Below are positions 22,661-34,799 of a DNA stretch of 64,000 nt, piece after piece. The stretch is from NCBI GenBank assembly GCA_002269645.1, contig NIVC01002165.1, positions 62,001-126,000 of the forward strand. The letters run 5' to 3'. The position numbers were made by a program, and so were the translations under genes. The DNA comes from Macrostomum lignano. Its lineage: Eukaryota. The notes beneath the pieces were generated by a model. The model saw only the letters and a program-made list of their open reading frames with translations, was not told where the DNA came from and ran no database searches. The number at the start of each line of letters is the position of its first letter. The first letter of the stretch is position 1.

Positions 22661-23850
22661 GTTTCATTATTCCACATTAAAGTCATGCCTGGTATCGAGC
22701 CCGGGCCCATTGCACGTATGTGAAAAAACCACAACAAAAAGACAGCGATGTGCTAGCAGCCTGACACGAGCACTACTCCACCATCTGTAAAAATCTGTAA
22801 ATCCTAAATAAATTTTTCAGGTCTTGTGGTTTACTCAATTGAAAATACAACAAAATAAAACTTTAGTTTGTTCCCATATACTGCAGAATGCAGACAGCTT
22901 TGATACAGACAGTTGACTGTCAACTAGACCGCTCTGTTTTTAGACCAAAACGTACATGTACTTCAAGCTTCCTCGCATTCGTTTGCCTGACCGCTCGATC
23001 CATAACATTTAAACCCCTTAGGACAGATAGTCTATGGCTTCCACCCCTCCGGCTCAGGATTTGACTCGAATTCGGCTGAAGGGACAGATCGATCGATAAT
23101 ATTAAAACATCTTTAGAGAAAAGTAGTCTATGGCTTTTCCCCCCACCCCCTAGGGTTGTTAAATAACAGTTTAAAAGAATTAGCCCCGCGCCCCCACTGA
23201 CACGCCTCCATTGACTAAGCTGCAAGGGCATCCAAAAGGATTAGACATAAAACACCAGCCAAACTAATCGGTGAGTAAAGGACTTCTGGATTGTTATGTA
23301 CCAATTATCTAGTGCTAATCATATTGTCACAGCATCTCCGAGTGCTGCTCAGATATACGCTCGTTATAGAAACTATAGCTACTCCTTACTCTCAAAACTA
23401 TAGCTTCCAATTATATCCAACGGTAATTCAAATAATTTTTTCAAGCACTTTTGAAGCAAAGCAACTGTTTTACTTTCCAATCATGATTCATGGCAAATGG
23501 CAATTCTATAGAAGGCCATCAGGCGCGTAGCCAGGATTCACCTCAGAGGGGGGGCAGAGACATCAATCCATCTTTTTATTATATGACATGTAAAAAGGGC
23601 TATCCTATATAGAATCGTTCGTTAAATTATTTTTTCGCTTGAATTCGATTCCTTTCTATTATTTGTGTCTAAAATATGAAACAAGTAAACGAATTAAGTT
23701 TAACATGTACTGGCAGCTAAATTGTTTGTTATAATCAGTTGCCACAAACATCACGACACGGGGGTACTATTTGAACGTTAAACAGGGTAATAGTGTGCAA
23801 CCCAGAAAAGTAAGTTGCCAAAAACTTTATGTGGAAACAGCCGCCTCCAG

Positions 23851-24583
23851 TGGAGTGTTTCATAGACCACTTGTCAGAATTACAAGTGCGACAAGTGACA
23901 AGTGAGTAGTGACAAGTGCTAGTTACAAGCGGTTTGTTTCATAGACATCGCTTCTTGAAGAGTGAGCAGCGTTTGATTTTCGACAAGCTTGAGTAGTCCC
24001 GCGAGATTTGTCGAACTTGTAACTATCAGATTTCGCTTCGCATGGCAACATGTTCGATTCTGATTCGGACTCTTTGGACGAAACTATTGGCCACGTTGCA
24101 TGGGCAAAGAGACCCAAAATTTTTAAACCACGAATAAACTTTCAATTTGAGGATCGAATTGATTCAATTCATTCATAATTATAGAGGAAAATTCTCCAAA
24201 CAACTCGGCCTTTCTCTCGTTAAGCAGACGCAGTATGGCGTTCTTATTTTCAACCGTGAGAGGCATTCTTACGCTTGCCAGTGGGCCAAACGTGTAAGAT
24301 AGACTCTATGCCAAAGATTATAATTAAATATTGATAAATATCGTCTTTCCTCTATTCAGAACTAGATCATATCCAGGGTCCAACGGAGTCGGCTTTGGCT
24401 GCGCCTGGGACGGACTTGATGTTTGGCCCATAGATATCTAGTTCACTACTCCGTCAGCTTGTAACTTGTCACTAGATTTACAAATCAGTCTATGAAACAA
24501 AAATCTGTAGCACTTGTATTTTTTAACTTGTCATCACTTGTTACTATTCACTTGTAGCTTGTCAAATCTATGAAACACCTCCA
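23851..24583 (+). mobile_element. Internally deleted PIF/Harbinger derivative (MITE-like)
   Basis: Imperfect ~16-bp TIRs (GGAGTGTTTCATAGA / TCTATGAAACACCTCC). ACAAGT subterminal repeats on the left are mirrored as ACTTGT on the right. The remnant MFDSDSDS..AKRPKIFKPRINFQF resembles the Harbinger transposase N-terminus at 28199. Exact ends are uncertain. Confidence 0.6.
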
Positions 24584-24723
24584 GGGGTGTTGCATAGAAT
24601 CGATAAGTCGAAGTTGACAAGTGACAAGTTGACAAGTTACAAGTAAGCCGTGAAGTCCGTTGTATAGACGCTTTACAAACGACAAGCATTTGACATGTGA
24701 CAAGTTACAAGTCCCGTTACAAG

Positions 24724-27700
24724 TACAGCGCGCAGGAGCTGCGTGTAAGGGTTAAAAAAATCTAGTACAAAGCGACCTGCTTTATTGTGTTCACCATTAC
24801 TTGGTAAGTATTTTTCTAGAGTTTTTAAAAAATCTGCCGATGTCAAGCTCCACAATCAGTAAATTATTTAATTAGCATTAATTGCATGGCGAAAGGTCTA
24901 AACAAGTCATGATTTTTAACCAAGGACCATTGATTTTTTAAATTAAAGGCAAAATACACACCCATGAGTGCGTACCCCCAAGCCCCAAGGCCCACAGTGT
25001 ACATGCATGACGAATAGCGAAAGCTGAGGCGCCGTACACCCCTAAGTGCGCATGATCAACCTCTATCAGTGTAGCGTCAGTTGCGTCACCGAAAAAATGA
25101 AGTGCATTTAGCGTCACTCTCAGACAGGCAGATTTTTTGTTTTTGAGCTATATAAATGATTAATTTAGCATAAATCAGCTCATCTCAGCATTTAGGAATT
25201 GAAAAGCCTTGAACTGAACACCACCATGCCAAACTACTCAAAATCTCACGAAGAGAACCGGCTGAAGGTCTGCCTTGTGTGCTTTAAGCGCGGGTCAGGC
25301 ATGCAGCGCATTGGCAAAGCAGCTCTACCTCGCATCCAGCGGTACTTTTATGCAAACTACGATTTGAAGAACGAGTTTCTCCCAGCTGCTCTGTGTGCTC
25401 GATGCCAGGGTCTGCTGCTGGATATTGAACGGGGGAATCGAACTTCTGAAGCTCTTCCTGCCCCTTTTGATTTTTCAAAAGTCGTACCGACAAAGGAAAC
25501 AAGGGGCCACCCGAAGTGCAGCTGCTGTCTCTGTGAGATTGCCAGAGAAAGTCCAATCGGCAAAGGACTCGGCACCTGGAAGCCGGAGCCGCATCGCCTT
25601 GGCAGACCGAAAACTGATTCGCCAAACAAGGAGGTGCCACCTGCTCGTCCCATCACCATCTGCCAGAGATGTCACTCCACCATTGGCAGGGGTCTTAGCC
25701 ACACCTGTACGCAATCTCGCTGGCTAAATAACATCTGCTCTGAGCTGTCACGTGATCCGCGTGTTTCAGAAATTCATGCTAGTGACGTCCTCAAAGCCAA
25801 GTTAACAGACGCAGGTGGCGATTCGCCTATTCGGCTGGCAACTCGAGGCCGGCCAATCACGCTAAGCGTGTCCGCTCAGAGTAGCAGGTGCTCCGCGGGT
25901 GCATTTGGTGACATATCAGTGCCGGCTAGTGAGATTGCCAGGATGCAGGATGCAATCGGTTTGAGTGGTCGGCAAACCAGACAGGCGGCCCAGTTCTTCC
26001 GTGAGTGGAAGGGTCGCAGTTCGATCGAGCCAAACCTCCTGCATCGCCTGGCAGAATTGAATAGCGAGTTGGATCCATTTTATGCAACAGAGTCAGTCCA
26101 AGTCCGTTGCAGCACGGGCGAATTTGAAACGCGGACTGTTGTGTTCTGCTCCAACGTCTCTGGCTTGGTGGGCTACGTGCTGGCACGGCGGAGAATGGAT
26201 CCTGATCCTGGCAGCTTCCTGCTTAAGATTGGTATTGATGGAGGACGCGGCTTTTTTAAAGTTTGCATGACATTGGTCCGGTCCGGGGAGCAGTCATCTG
26301 TTCTACTAGGCGGTGTCACCGAGGCCGGCAGCAGCCCTTTTGCCGAAGGTGGTGTAAAGAAGCTATTAATTATCGCAGCAGTTGAAAAAGTACCGGAGTA
26401 CTATGAGAACGTGCAAACTGTGCTCAATCTGCTGAACCTAGAAGACGTGTCTTTCTGCAGCTCCGTGGACATGAAACTTGCAAATGTGCTTCTTGGACTG
26501 CAGAGCGCCAGCAGTGCCCATCCCTGCCCGTGGTGCGAGACGCCTCGAAAAGAGTTCGCCAATCCCCATCGCAGTGTCAGATTGCGGACTTTTGGCTCTA
26601 TTCGCAGCCAAGCTGCCCAGTATCAGCGCATCGAGGGGCAACGAAGCTCAAAGCCATCAGGAGAGCCATTCCACAACTGCATCAGGCAACCACTGCTGAA
26701 TTGGCCAGACAGTTCAAACACGCTAGAAGCTGTGCCACCCATGGAGCTCCACCTGCTGCTAGGCCTTGTCAACAGGCTGTACGACGAGCTTGAGCAGCGC
26801 CTGACAGCATTGGGTCCCGACGGAGTCCGTGCTGCACAGTGGGCTGAGGCTCTTCACGTACGGCGCTCACCGTATCATGGCAGCCAGTTCAATGGCAATG
26901 AGTGCGACCGACTGCTTGGTGGAGTCGACAGCCTGCGCCAGATCCTCGCTGACCACGCTGCCTTCAGCGGAGTGCCTGTCGCCCATGCATTCAGCTGCCT
27001 GCGAGCTGTCCAGCAGAAGTGCTTCGGCCAACAACTGCTTGAAGGCTACGATACAGCAGTCAAAGAGTTCGAGGCGGCATACCACGCTCTGGCCATCAAC
27101 ATCACTCCGAAGGCCCATGCCCTCATTGACCACGTGCCGCAGTTTTTGGAAGCGATGGCAGTACAATATGGGTGTCGCCGAGGCCTTGGGTTTTGGTCTG
27201 AGCAGGCGATGGAGTCGGCACATCGCGACTTCAGCGACATGTGGAGTCAACGCTTCAAGGTGGATGCAACTCATCCGGAGTATGCTCGGCGTTTGCTCAG
27301 GTGCATCACGGTGTACAGCTCGCGGCATCTGTAAAATGGGCTACTGTGCTGTAAGCAGTTCTGTTGAAGGTGCAATAATATCCGAGTTACTTTAAAACCG
27401 ATTGGTGCACCAGAATTCTTGTTTTGACAAATGGAGGACAAATTCAGGTTTTTTGTTTAATTTTTGGTGAGGTTACAGTTGGAGCTCTCTATTTTGAGGT
27501 CTGGTCATAGACAAATCAACCCCTGAAACTTCACAGCAAGGCTTCTCATGTCATGCAGTGTTTTAGACTCTCATGGCACGAAATAGTCTATGGACATTCT
27601 GCCACAAATTTTCTCTCGGCTTTACTCCAACTGTGGCTACACCAAGAACTAAATTAATTTTCTACAATTTGAAAAGACATCTATTACTATGTGTAACTTA

Positions 27701-28049
27701 CTTTCTATTTATTTAACACTATAAATTGTTTCCAATTCTAGGCTATGCACACGAATTTATACAATAAACTGTCACAAAAATTATATAATACACTATACAT
27801 AACATGCATGTAATAGTGCAACGACCCTAGCTTAAAATATCAATGGTCCTTGGATAAAAATCATGACTTGTTTAGACCTTTCGCCATGCAATTAATGCTA
27901 ATTAAATAATTTACTGATTGTGGAGCTTGACATCGGCAGATTTTTTAAAAACTCTAGAAAAATACTTACCAAGTAATGGTGAACACAATAAAGCAGGTCG
28001 CTTTGTACTAGATTTTTTTAACCCTTACACGCAGCTCCTGCGCGCTGTG
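24724..28049 (+). mobile_element. Chapaev/Transib-related (RAG1-core-like) DNA transposon, apparently complete
   Basis: ~218-bp TIRs (24724-~24941 and ~27832-28049) with about 3 mismatches. Right end reads CACAG on the minus strand; left end reads TACAG. 3-bp TSD AAG at 24721-23 and 28050-52. One long intact ORF. Confidence 0.9.
25226..27334 (+). CDS. RAG1-like DDE transposase with N-terminal Chapa-like zinc finger (702 aa)
   Basis: Kozak context CCACCATG at 25226. N-terminus has H-x7-C-x2-C...CxxC...CxCxxC. Core motifs KIGIDGG, VDMKLANVLLGLQSASSAHPCPWC, PPMELHLLLG, FNGNECDRLL, ITPKAHALIDHVP and GFWSEQAMES are co-linear with RAG1 motifs around D600, D708, C727/C730, H937/H942 and E962. Confidence 0.88.
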   Translation: MPNYSKSHEENRLKVCLVCFKRGSGMQRIGKAALPRIQRYFYANYDLKNEFLPAALCARCQGLLLDIERGNRTSEALPAPFDFSKVVPTKETRGHPKCSCCLCEIARESPIGKGLGTWKPEPHRLGRPKTDSPNKEVPPARPITICQRCHSTIGRGLSHTCTQSRWLNNICSELSRDPRVSEIHASDVLKAKLTDAGGDSPIRLATRGRPITLSVSAQSSRCSAGAFGDISVPASEIARMQDAIGLSGRQTRQAAQFFREWKGRSSIEPNLLHRLAELNSELDPFYATESVQVRCSTGEFETRTVVFCSNVSGLVGYVLARRRMDPDPGSFLLKIGIDGGRGFFKVCMTLVRSGEQSSVLLGGVTEAGSSPFAEGGVKKLLIIAAVEKVPEYYENVQTVLNLLNLEDVSFCSSVDMKLANVLLGLQSASSAHPCPWCETPRKEFANPHRSVRLRTFGSIRSQAAQYQRIEGQRSSKPSGEPFHNCIRQPLLNWPDSSNTLEAVPPMELHLLLGLVNRLYDELEQRLTALGPDGVRAAQWAEALHVRRSPYHGSQFNGNECDRLLGGVDSLRQILADHAAFSGVPVAHAFSCLRAVQQKCFGQQLLEGYDTAVKEFEAAYHALAINITPKAHALIDHVPQFLEAMAVQYGCRRGLGFWSEQAMESAHRDFSDMWSQRFKVDATHPEYARRLLRCITVYSSRHL

Positions 28050-28198
28050 AAGGGGTGGTTCGTTGCATAGAATGTATAACTTGAGAAGTTTTCCTGCTAT
28101 TCGCGAGTGACAAGTTGCGTAGTAAAAACTGACCCCGCGAGCTTACTTATAACTTACAAGCTGTCAAAGTCTGGCCCAAGTTTGACTGACTCAGCGTT

Positions 28199-28917
28199 AT
28201 GTTCTATGACGAGTCGTCCGATGAGGATTCCGACGCATCTGCGCCCGGCAATAAACGACCGCGTACATTCAAGTACAGGATCAACTTTGACTTCGATGTG
28301 GCCTATGGTGATCATAAATCTAGGTTTCGACTTCGCGAGGAACACATTGACGAGTTTGCACCCTACTTGGAGCTGACCTCGAACATTCAACGGGTTGTAA
28401 CTTCGCCCTGACTCCGTCGCAGCAGATCCGAGTTGCGCTCCGTTATCTCGCCACAGGGGCGAATTTCTCTGCGATTGGCGACGCTCATGGTGTGCACAAG
28501 TCAACTGTGAGTAAGGCTCTGCATCGTTTTGTCTCTTTTCCAAACCTGGTGAAGTGGCCGGAAGATCAAGCTCAGATGCTGCAGTTGACACACGAGTTCC
28601 GAGACATTGCCCAGATGCTATGTGTTGTCGGCTGCATTGACGGCACGCACGTCAGGATACGCAAGCCACACGAGAACCCGGACCAGTTCATCAACCGTCA
28701 CGGCTACGCGTCGATCAACGCCATGCTTACTTGCGAATGCGATGCTCGCTACCGTTTTCTGTACGTGTCGGCCAAATGTCCGGGTGCCGTCAACGACGCC
28801 CGGGTGTTTCGTATGAGCTCACTTCAAGATCTGCTTGCTGCGGGTTGGCGCCCGTTCCCTAACGGATATCTCCTCGGCGACAGTGGCTACCCGAATAGAA
28901 ACTATATACTGTTGTGA
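28199..28917 (+). pseudogene. Harbinger (HARBI1-like) transposase, frameshifted and 3'-truncated
   Basis: QIRVALRYLATG..DAHGVHKSTVS, GCIDGTHVRI, INAMLTCECD, PGAVNDARVF and LLGDSGYP are spread over more than one frame. Confidence 0.85.
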
Positions 28918-28953
28918 GCCCCGTCCTCCGGAGCAACGCCTACAGCTTTAACC

Positions 28954-31940
28954 TGTCGGGAAGCTGCGACCCCCAGGTTCCCAGTCAGAGCTCCCGTCCC
29001 GCGCCCTAGGGAGAAGCAGAAAAAGGACAGTAACTCGCGAACACGAACTTACACACCGTAGCCGATGCAGTTCGCCGTGCACTTTTTATGGTAGATCGAC
29101 GAGTCGTTTTATTCAATAGCCAACAGAGGCGGACCAACGCGCGCAAGGGAGGAGTCTGCCCTCCAGACAGCGACTATATATTTTTCATTGGTCCTACGCG
29201 TACATGAATATACCTTAAAAACAAATGTACGGTACAGCAGGGGAGGTGGGGCGGGGTGGCGTGATCGGCGTACGCATTGATTATTGATTGGAGGTGTGGG
29301 GCAGACTGGAGGGTTGGGGCGGGGCAGGAGGGCGAGAAAGGGCACGATTGCACAACATCCTCCCCTCCTTAAAAAAGGCGAGTCACAAGAACAAAGACTG
29401 AATGGAGACAAAGACAGGATTCGATGAGTTGGACAGATACGACGGCGCAATGAGGATAAACGCGAATAATTTATAGCACGACAACGAGATTTATGACGAA
29501 CAGTCTTAGCGTTAGCAACATTCGAATAATGAAAACACGAGTTTGACGCATAAGAAAAATGTAAGAGTGTTGAGGAAACGCATTTTGGACGATAAATGTT
29601 AGAGAAATACGAGTAAACCCAAATAAATTTGGTGCTCATGTGCTTCATAAATCCAGCTAACCAGTTGATTCCCCGCACTTGTGTAGCGGAGAAGCGAATG
29701 TCTCCTGATTGACCGATTACGATTTTTCTCTATGGAAAATTTAACAGATTAAGCGTTGTTTACTGTGTCAAAAAACAGCGCCTTTATCCGTTACTTCAAC
29801 GATTTCAGCACGCTCCATGAAGCCACCATTGAGCTGAATGCATTTCTCGAATTCTCGTAGCGATCCAGCAAGCTTGTCGACTCCCTCCTCCAAGAAACTT
29901 GCAGGCAGGAAACGGAGACCAGGTTTGGAATTAATCGTGAGAAGAATTTTATTAGGCCTATGAATGACCTCACTTCACTAGAATTTGTAGTTCCTTTAAA
30001 AGTTCCAATGGCCTGCGCTTTCGCGTCTCCAATCTGCAGTTCCTTGCGTGTCAGGAGCATACCCATGAATGTTATATTGTAGCGAAACTACAAGTAACTT
30101 ATTTTTTAATAAATCAAAGTTCAATAGCCATCTATTCAGTGAGTAAACGATGAAAAGGATTGAGGCACCTAATAACTGCGAGAACGAACTGTAAAAGGAA
30201 ATTAGTCTATGAAAGATAATGACAAACTGAGTCGCAAATAAAAAGTACAACAAAATATCCATATGACTCCTCCCTCAAATTGCGGAGCACAGGAAAAGAG
30301 ACTGAAAGACTGAAGGCTAAAATGGTGGGATAGCTCATACGATCAAAACGAAGCGGGTGATAATACAATTGAAATAAATTGTTTATGAGAGGTCGAATAT
30401 TAAGAAATATTGAGAACAACGGTCAGTAAACGTTACATTGTTTTGCTTTTGTTAATAATAAATTCAATGTGCATAAAAAGGTGAGTGAAGCGAAATGAGC
30501 GAGTGGGGGGAAACGGTGACATGGAATGAAATGCCTGCGGGGTGCTACTGGGCTGTTCTGCTGGACGCATTATTGTCTGTGGAAGTGGAAAAGCTTCCTT
30601 GTTGCTTGATTGTGCTGGCAGCGCCACGCTCGTGTCCTCAACTATGATGCTCTATCGGCAGTTTGTCGGCCCGACGAAATCGATCTACTGGATGATGCCG
30701 GGGATGCAGTCAGACAACACCCCTAGCAAATGGTACCACGGATTGTGGCGGATAGTCGCTTTGCGGTCGGGACATCCAGCTGAAGCACACGAGGTGGGCG
30801 ATGATGATTAGGTGTTGAGCGGGTTTGCGGTGTCCGGAATTTTCGAGGTAATCCCTGCGATGCTTCGGAAAGGCGGATTGTCGCGTGACCAGCGTGAACT
30901 GCTTAAGATGCCGAGTGCAGAAAGATGACGAGAAGAATTGAGCGACGACTGACGTGGAACGTCGCTCTGCGGCTGAGGCAATGCAGGTGGAACGCGCGAG
31001 GAGGACTAAAGGCTGCTGCTGCGGCCGGCCGTAATGCACCGTCGGACTTTCATTAACCTCGTGGCAGGCTCCTTTTTTGGCGACTCACCGACGGTGCTGG
31101 CCGGGACTGGCGATTCGGCGGAATGGTAGTGGTGCTGCTGGCAACGGAAACTCGATCGAAGACTTTGATGAACCCGTGTAGGCGCGTAGAATTGGTCATC
31201 GATGAGCTCCGTGGCAGACGTCCTGGTTGAACTACCAGTAACTCTCTGGTTGCTATGGTGATGCTGCCTGGATCAGCTGTTGACGGGTTGATAGCGCATG
31301 GCCGATAGCGATGGCATGGGCAGTGCAGCTGAGGATGATGACGCCGTGGTAAAGACGCTATGTACGAGTACAGTGCATGTCGATATGGCGATTGGAGTAG
31401 CCCCCTGACAGAGGCGCGGTTGGATCTAACGGCACCTCACCGGACCAATTTGTAGCGAAACTACAAGTAACTTTTAGTTGAATTAGTCAAAGTTAAATAG
31501 CGATCTATTTAGTGAGTAAACGATGAAAAGGATTGGGGCACCTAATACAAGCGTAACTGCGAGAACGAACTGTAAAAGGAAAATCTTATCCACTGAAAAC
31601 TCGCACTTTTCCTTGCCAATTGTTGCTGTTTTCCTACAATCTTTGCAGAACTTCCTTTGGGCGGTTGTAGTGCTCCTCGAAGGTACTACCATACACTTCA
31701 ATGTCGTCCTAAATGTTTAGTACTCCTGAGATACCCGCTAGAACTCGTTGCATGTTTGACTGCAGTGCGAAGGATGAGTTTACCCAGCCCATTTCAAGTT
31801 GCTTGTATCTCATTAGTGGCCAATCTTTCAAGCCTGTAGAGAATGTTGTGAACGTCCTGGAGTCCTCATGTAATTCCAGTTCAATTCCAGAGACAGAATT
31901 AGAGACTAATGTATATTCCGTAAGATAGGCCGGCCTCACA
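28954..31940 (-). mobile_element. Degraded Gypsy element: 3' LTR 28954-29357, PPT 29358-29370, RT fragments 29791-30077 and 31582-31940
   Basis: The LTR candidate starts TGTCG and ends CAACA, with TATA-like and AATAAA signals on the minus strand. The reversed PPT TCCTCCCCTCCTT abuts it. RT remnants read ELHEDSRTFTTF..LMRYKQLEMG..KEKCEFSVDK / ITFMG..EVRSFIGLIKFFSRLIPNL. Confidence 0.7.
30078..31581 (-). mobile_element. Small non-autonomous LTR-like element inserted into the Gypsy RT
   Basis: ~125-bp direct repeats start TGTAGCGAAAC at 30078 and 31451. The left copy plausibly extends to ...CGTTACA at 30437. A PBS-like TGGTCCGGTGAG lies next to the right copy. The insert splits the RT motif between FSVDK and ITFMG. 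Confidence 0.5.
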
Positions 31941-32032
31941 TCCTAAAATCTGTTGTCCTAATTTCCAACAATAGTGCGCATGAGCACAACAGAACAGAAA
32001 AGAAAGTAACCGCATGCAGAAACTTGAACAGT

Positions 32033-33130
32033 CTAGAGGAAGTTCCTAAGCTTTGGCTGCTTCGGCAGTTCATTCATCGACTCATTCAGTCGCCGTGGAT
32101 TGGCACATGTGCCAGGCATCTTGGCACATATGAGAAGCAGTGGGTTTACCATTCTTGGCGTTTTTCTTCTGTGCCACAACGCCCACGGTGATATCTGCCA
32201 TGCGCGCGAGTTCGTCTCGCCGATACTGCACCAGTGTTCGGCCAGCGCGGGCCTCCACGGTTGGGTTGATGAAGACGTCGCAATCTTCACCAAGTTCTTG
32301 CTTAATTGCCGCTTTCCATCGCGAGATGGCACTTTCAACTGGCAGGAAAGGATTGTAGCGAGGGAGCCGCCGGAATTCAGCAATACCAATATCCTCATTC
32401 AGCTCAGCGTCGTTATGGCTGCTCACGTTGTCAAAGACCAGATAGACCACTTGCCCTGGGCAAGCTGCCTGCACGATTTGATGATTCGTGATTTGCAAAT
32501 ACTCTGCAAACCGATCCTTGGTCATGCCGCTGGTATAGACCTGATAGTGGACAAAACCAAGTTGAGGAGACATAGCTAGACAAATGGTGATGCGTGTGCC
32601 CTTCTGGTTTGCGATTCGTCGATACGCTCTTTGACCTTGAACAGCCCGTCCCTGCTGCCGCCGCATCCAACTGTCAAAACCAAACTCATCAATGTACACC
32701 TTTGGCGTATTGACAATTTCGGGGGAGCACCACCAGTGGCGATAGGCCTCTCTCTCCGCTAGAATAGCCGATGAGTTTTTCTCGGCCGGAGCATCACGAA
32801 CTAGCTTTAAAAAATACAAGATACCTTCAAGAGGTCGACTTAATGTTGACAAGCCACCAATTGGCTTGTTAAGAAGCCGTGCTTGCAAACGAGCATTGAT
32901 GTTCTCCAATATCAGTTGCCTTCCCGCAACACACAGCAGTACTGTCCCATCTCAACGTCAAGCTTTGTATATGTCCTACCGCCTCTCGTCCTCTTCTCAC
33001 GCCAGCCTGTTCCAATTAATGATTGAGTATGCGTCGTCCTTTTGATATTCCTCAGAAATTGTCAGAAACAGAAGCATGAGTTGACAAATTCAACAGTTGT
33101 GAATTTTTTCGTGACGCATTGGAATCGCGT
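32033..33130 (-). pseudogene. IS630/Tc1-mariner transposase remnant
   Basis: VYIDEFGFDSWMRR..GRA..KGTRITICLA, VFDNVSSH and LPRYNPFL-PVE. The N-terminus is disrupted. Related to the intact copy at 42216. Confidence 0.85.
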
Positions 33131-33291
33131 CCCGCCTCCATGAAAATGCGACCAACACGCTTGACTGATGCTCACATCCAATCGCCAACTAATCTAGCTA
33201 ATCTCTCATCCATAGTTTTATTGGTTCGAGTCGTTCTCACCCAAATTCGAGCAGCATCTAGAGCCTTTGTGAGCGAGCAGCCTCGGATTCA

Positions 33292-34160
33292 TTAACGAGG
33301 ACTCTTCACATCTCCGGCTGCTTGCAGCATTGGCTCAGGCAGAACCCTCACAAAGTCTTCCTTTCCTTGGTTGTACTGACCTTGCAAGGTTCGTAGAACT
33401 TGCCGCTGTCTCCCTGTAGATAACAAGCTTGCAGCAGGCATCTGGCTTCCTCCCGATCGGTACGTCGTCTTTTGTTCAATGAATGCAGCTGAACAGTGCA
33501 GATTAGCCTCACCGTCGTTTTCGCATATTGTTGCAACTTTCACGGCAAGCGCGTCACCCACTTTCCAAGTGGCAACCGACATAGCGCCGATCCCCAAAAG
33601 GTGCCCCACACCGACACGGCACTTTCATCAATCAATATGACCTTGGCCCGAAGGATGGTGCTGCCGGCTTTTTTATTTCACTTGGTAATTGGTGCCTCTA
33701 TATTGGCAATAACACCCAGTGCATCCACGACACTACACTCTAGAAAAGAAAGACGGGTAAGCATCTGAATACAAAATAACAACAATTAATTATAAAGACA
33801 CGCCGATTTAGACGTACGTTTTTGGCTTTAAATTCAGCCAAATTATTCAATTCGTGCAGCTGTTTGAACGTAAAGGCAATCGGCTTCTCCATAATGGCTT
33901 AATCTGAGCTCTCCACCGAGCCTAAATTGTCCACGTAGACTTGGGCATCCATTGCGTGATCAGTGGTGTTGAATTTTTGGTTCGCAGGTTTGATATGCAC
34001 TCTAGCAAGCTGAACTGTAGATCCGTTGCTCCAACGTTTCCAGCGATTTTTTAAGCTGTTCCCTTCGGCCTCCCACGTAGTTGTTAAACCGTAAAGCAAT
34101 TGCCAAGCTGTACAATAGCGACCCGCAGTATTATAGCACGACACAACTGAGTTCAGCACT
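33292..34160 (-). pseudogene. RPA70-like tandem OB-fold (ssDNA-binding) gene remnant, probably Helitron-borne
   Basis: GSTVQLARVHIKPANQKFNTTDH resembles DBD-A. VVDALGVIANIEAPITK*..KVILIDESAVSVWGTFWG, continuing after a frameshift as GDALAVKVATICENDG, resembles DBD-B. Recognised by eye. Confidence 0.55.
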
Positions 34161-34799
34161 AAATTTCACTTGAAATGTCACGTCACGCTACTAACGTCAG
34201 TTCGCATCAGGACGCCTACTAACTAGCCAGCTGAGCAATATCTGTTTTTTAATTCTCCTTTCTTATTTTCAAATATTCTAACTTATAATTGTTGTGAACG
34301 CTTGACGGAAAGTCACTCAAAGATGCATAGCATCGCAGCAGAAGACTGTCTGTTAAGCGGCTGGTGCGCAACATCACTGACATAAACCATAGACGTTCCG
34401 AAAAATGATTGAACTTTCCAGACTAATTTTAGCCATTGTACGCTCGTAGAAAATGTGATAACATGCGAGTACTTCGTTTTATTTGCGCTTGAATATTTGC
34501 CTTCTGAAGTTGCCACTTTGTGTACTTTTTAACTATTAATGCACAACGATTAAATTAACCAAAACTTTTCCCCAGTGTGCGAATGATAGTAACAATGGCT
34601 TCGTAATAATGGGTCTGGGTCCAAGAAAGTTAATAATAATAATTATAAGAATTCCGAAATAATATTAATATTATCTAATATTATCATATAATAATATTAG
34701 GTGATGACGAGTTCAAGAAATGCTACATTGTATGATTACTCACATTGTCAGTCGCTAGTGAGCACCTCGGGTTAGACAACATTCTTTGTGCTGCCTTAA

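Larger units (their letters stand above)
24585..28953 (+). mobile_element. 5' part of a PIF/Harbinger element, interrupted by the Chapaev-like element and truncated by a Gypsy LTR
   Basis: Begins GGGTGTTGCATAGA with ACAAGT repeats. The sequence is continuous across the 24724-28049 insertion and leads into the transposase pseudogene at 28199. Confidence 0.6.
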
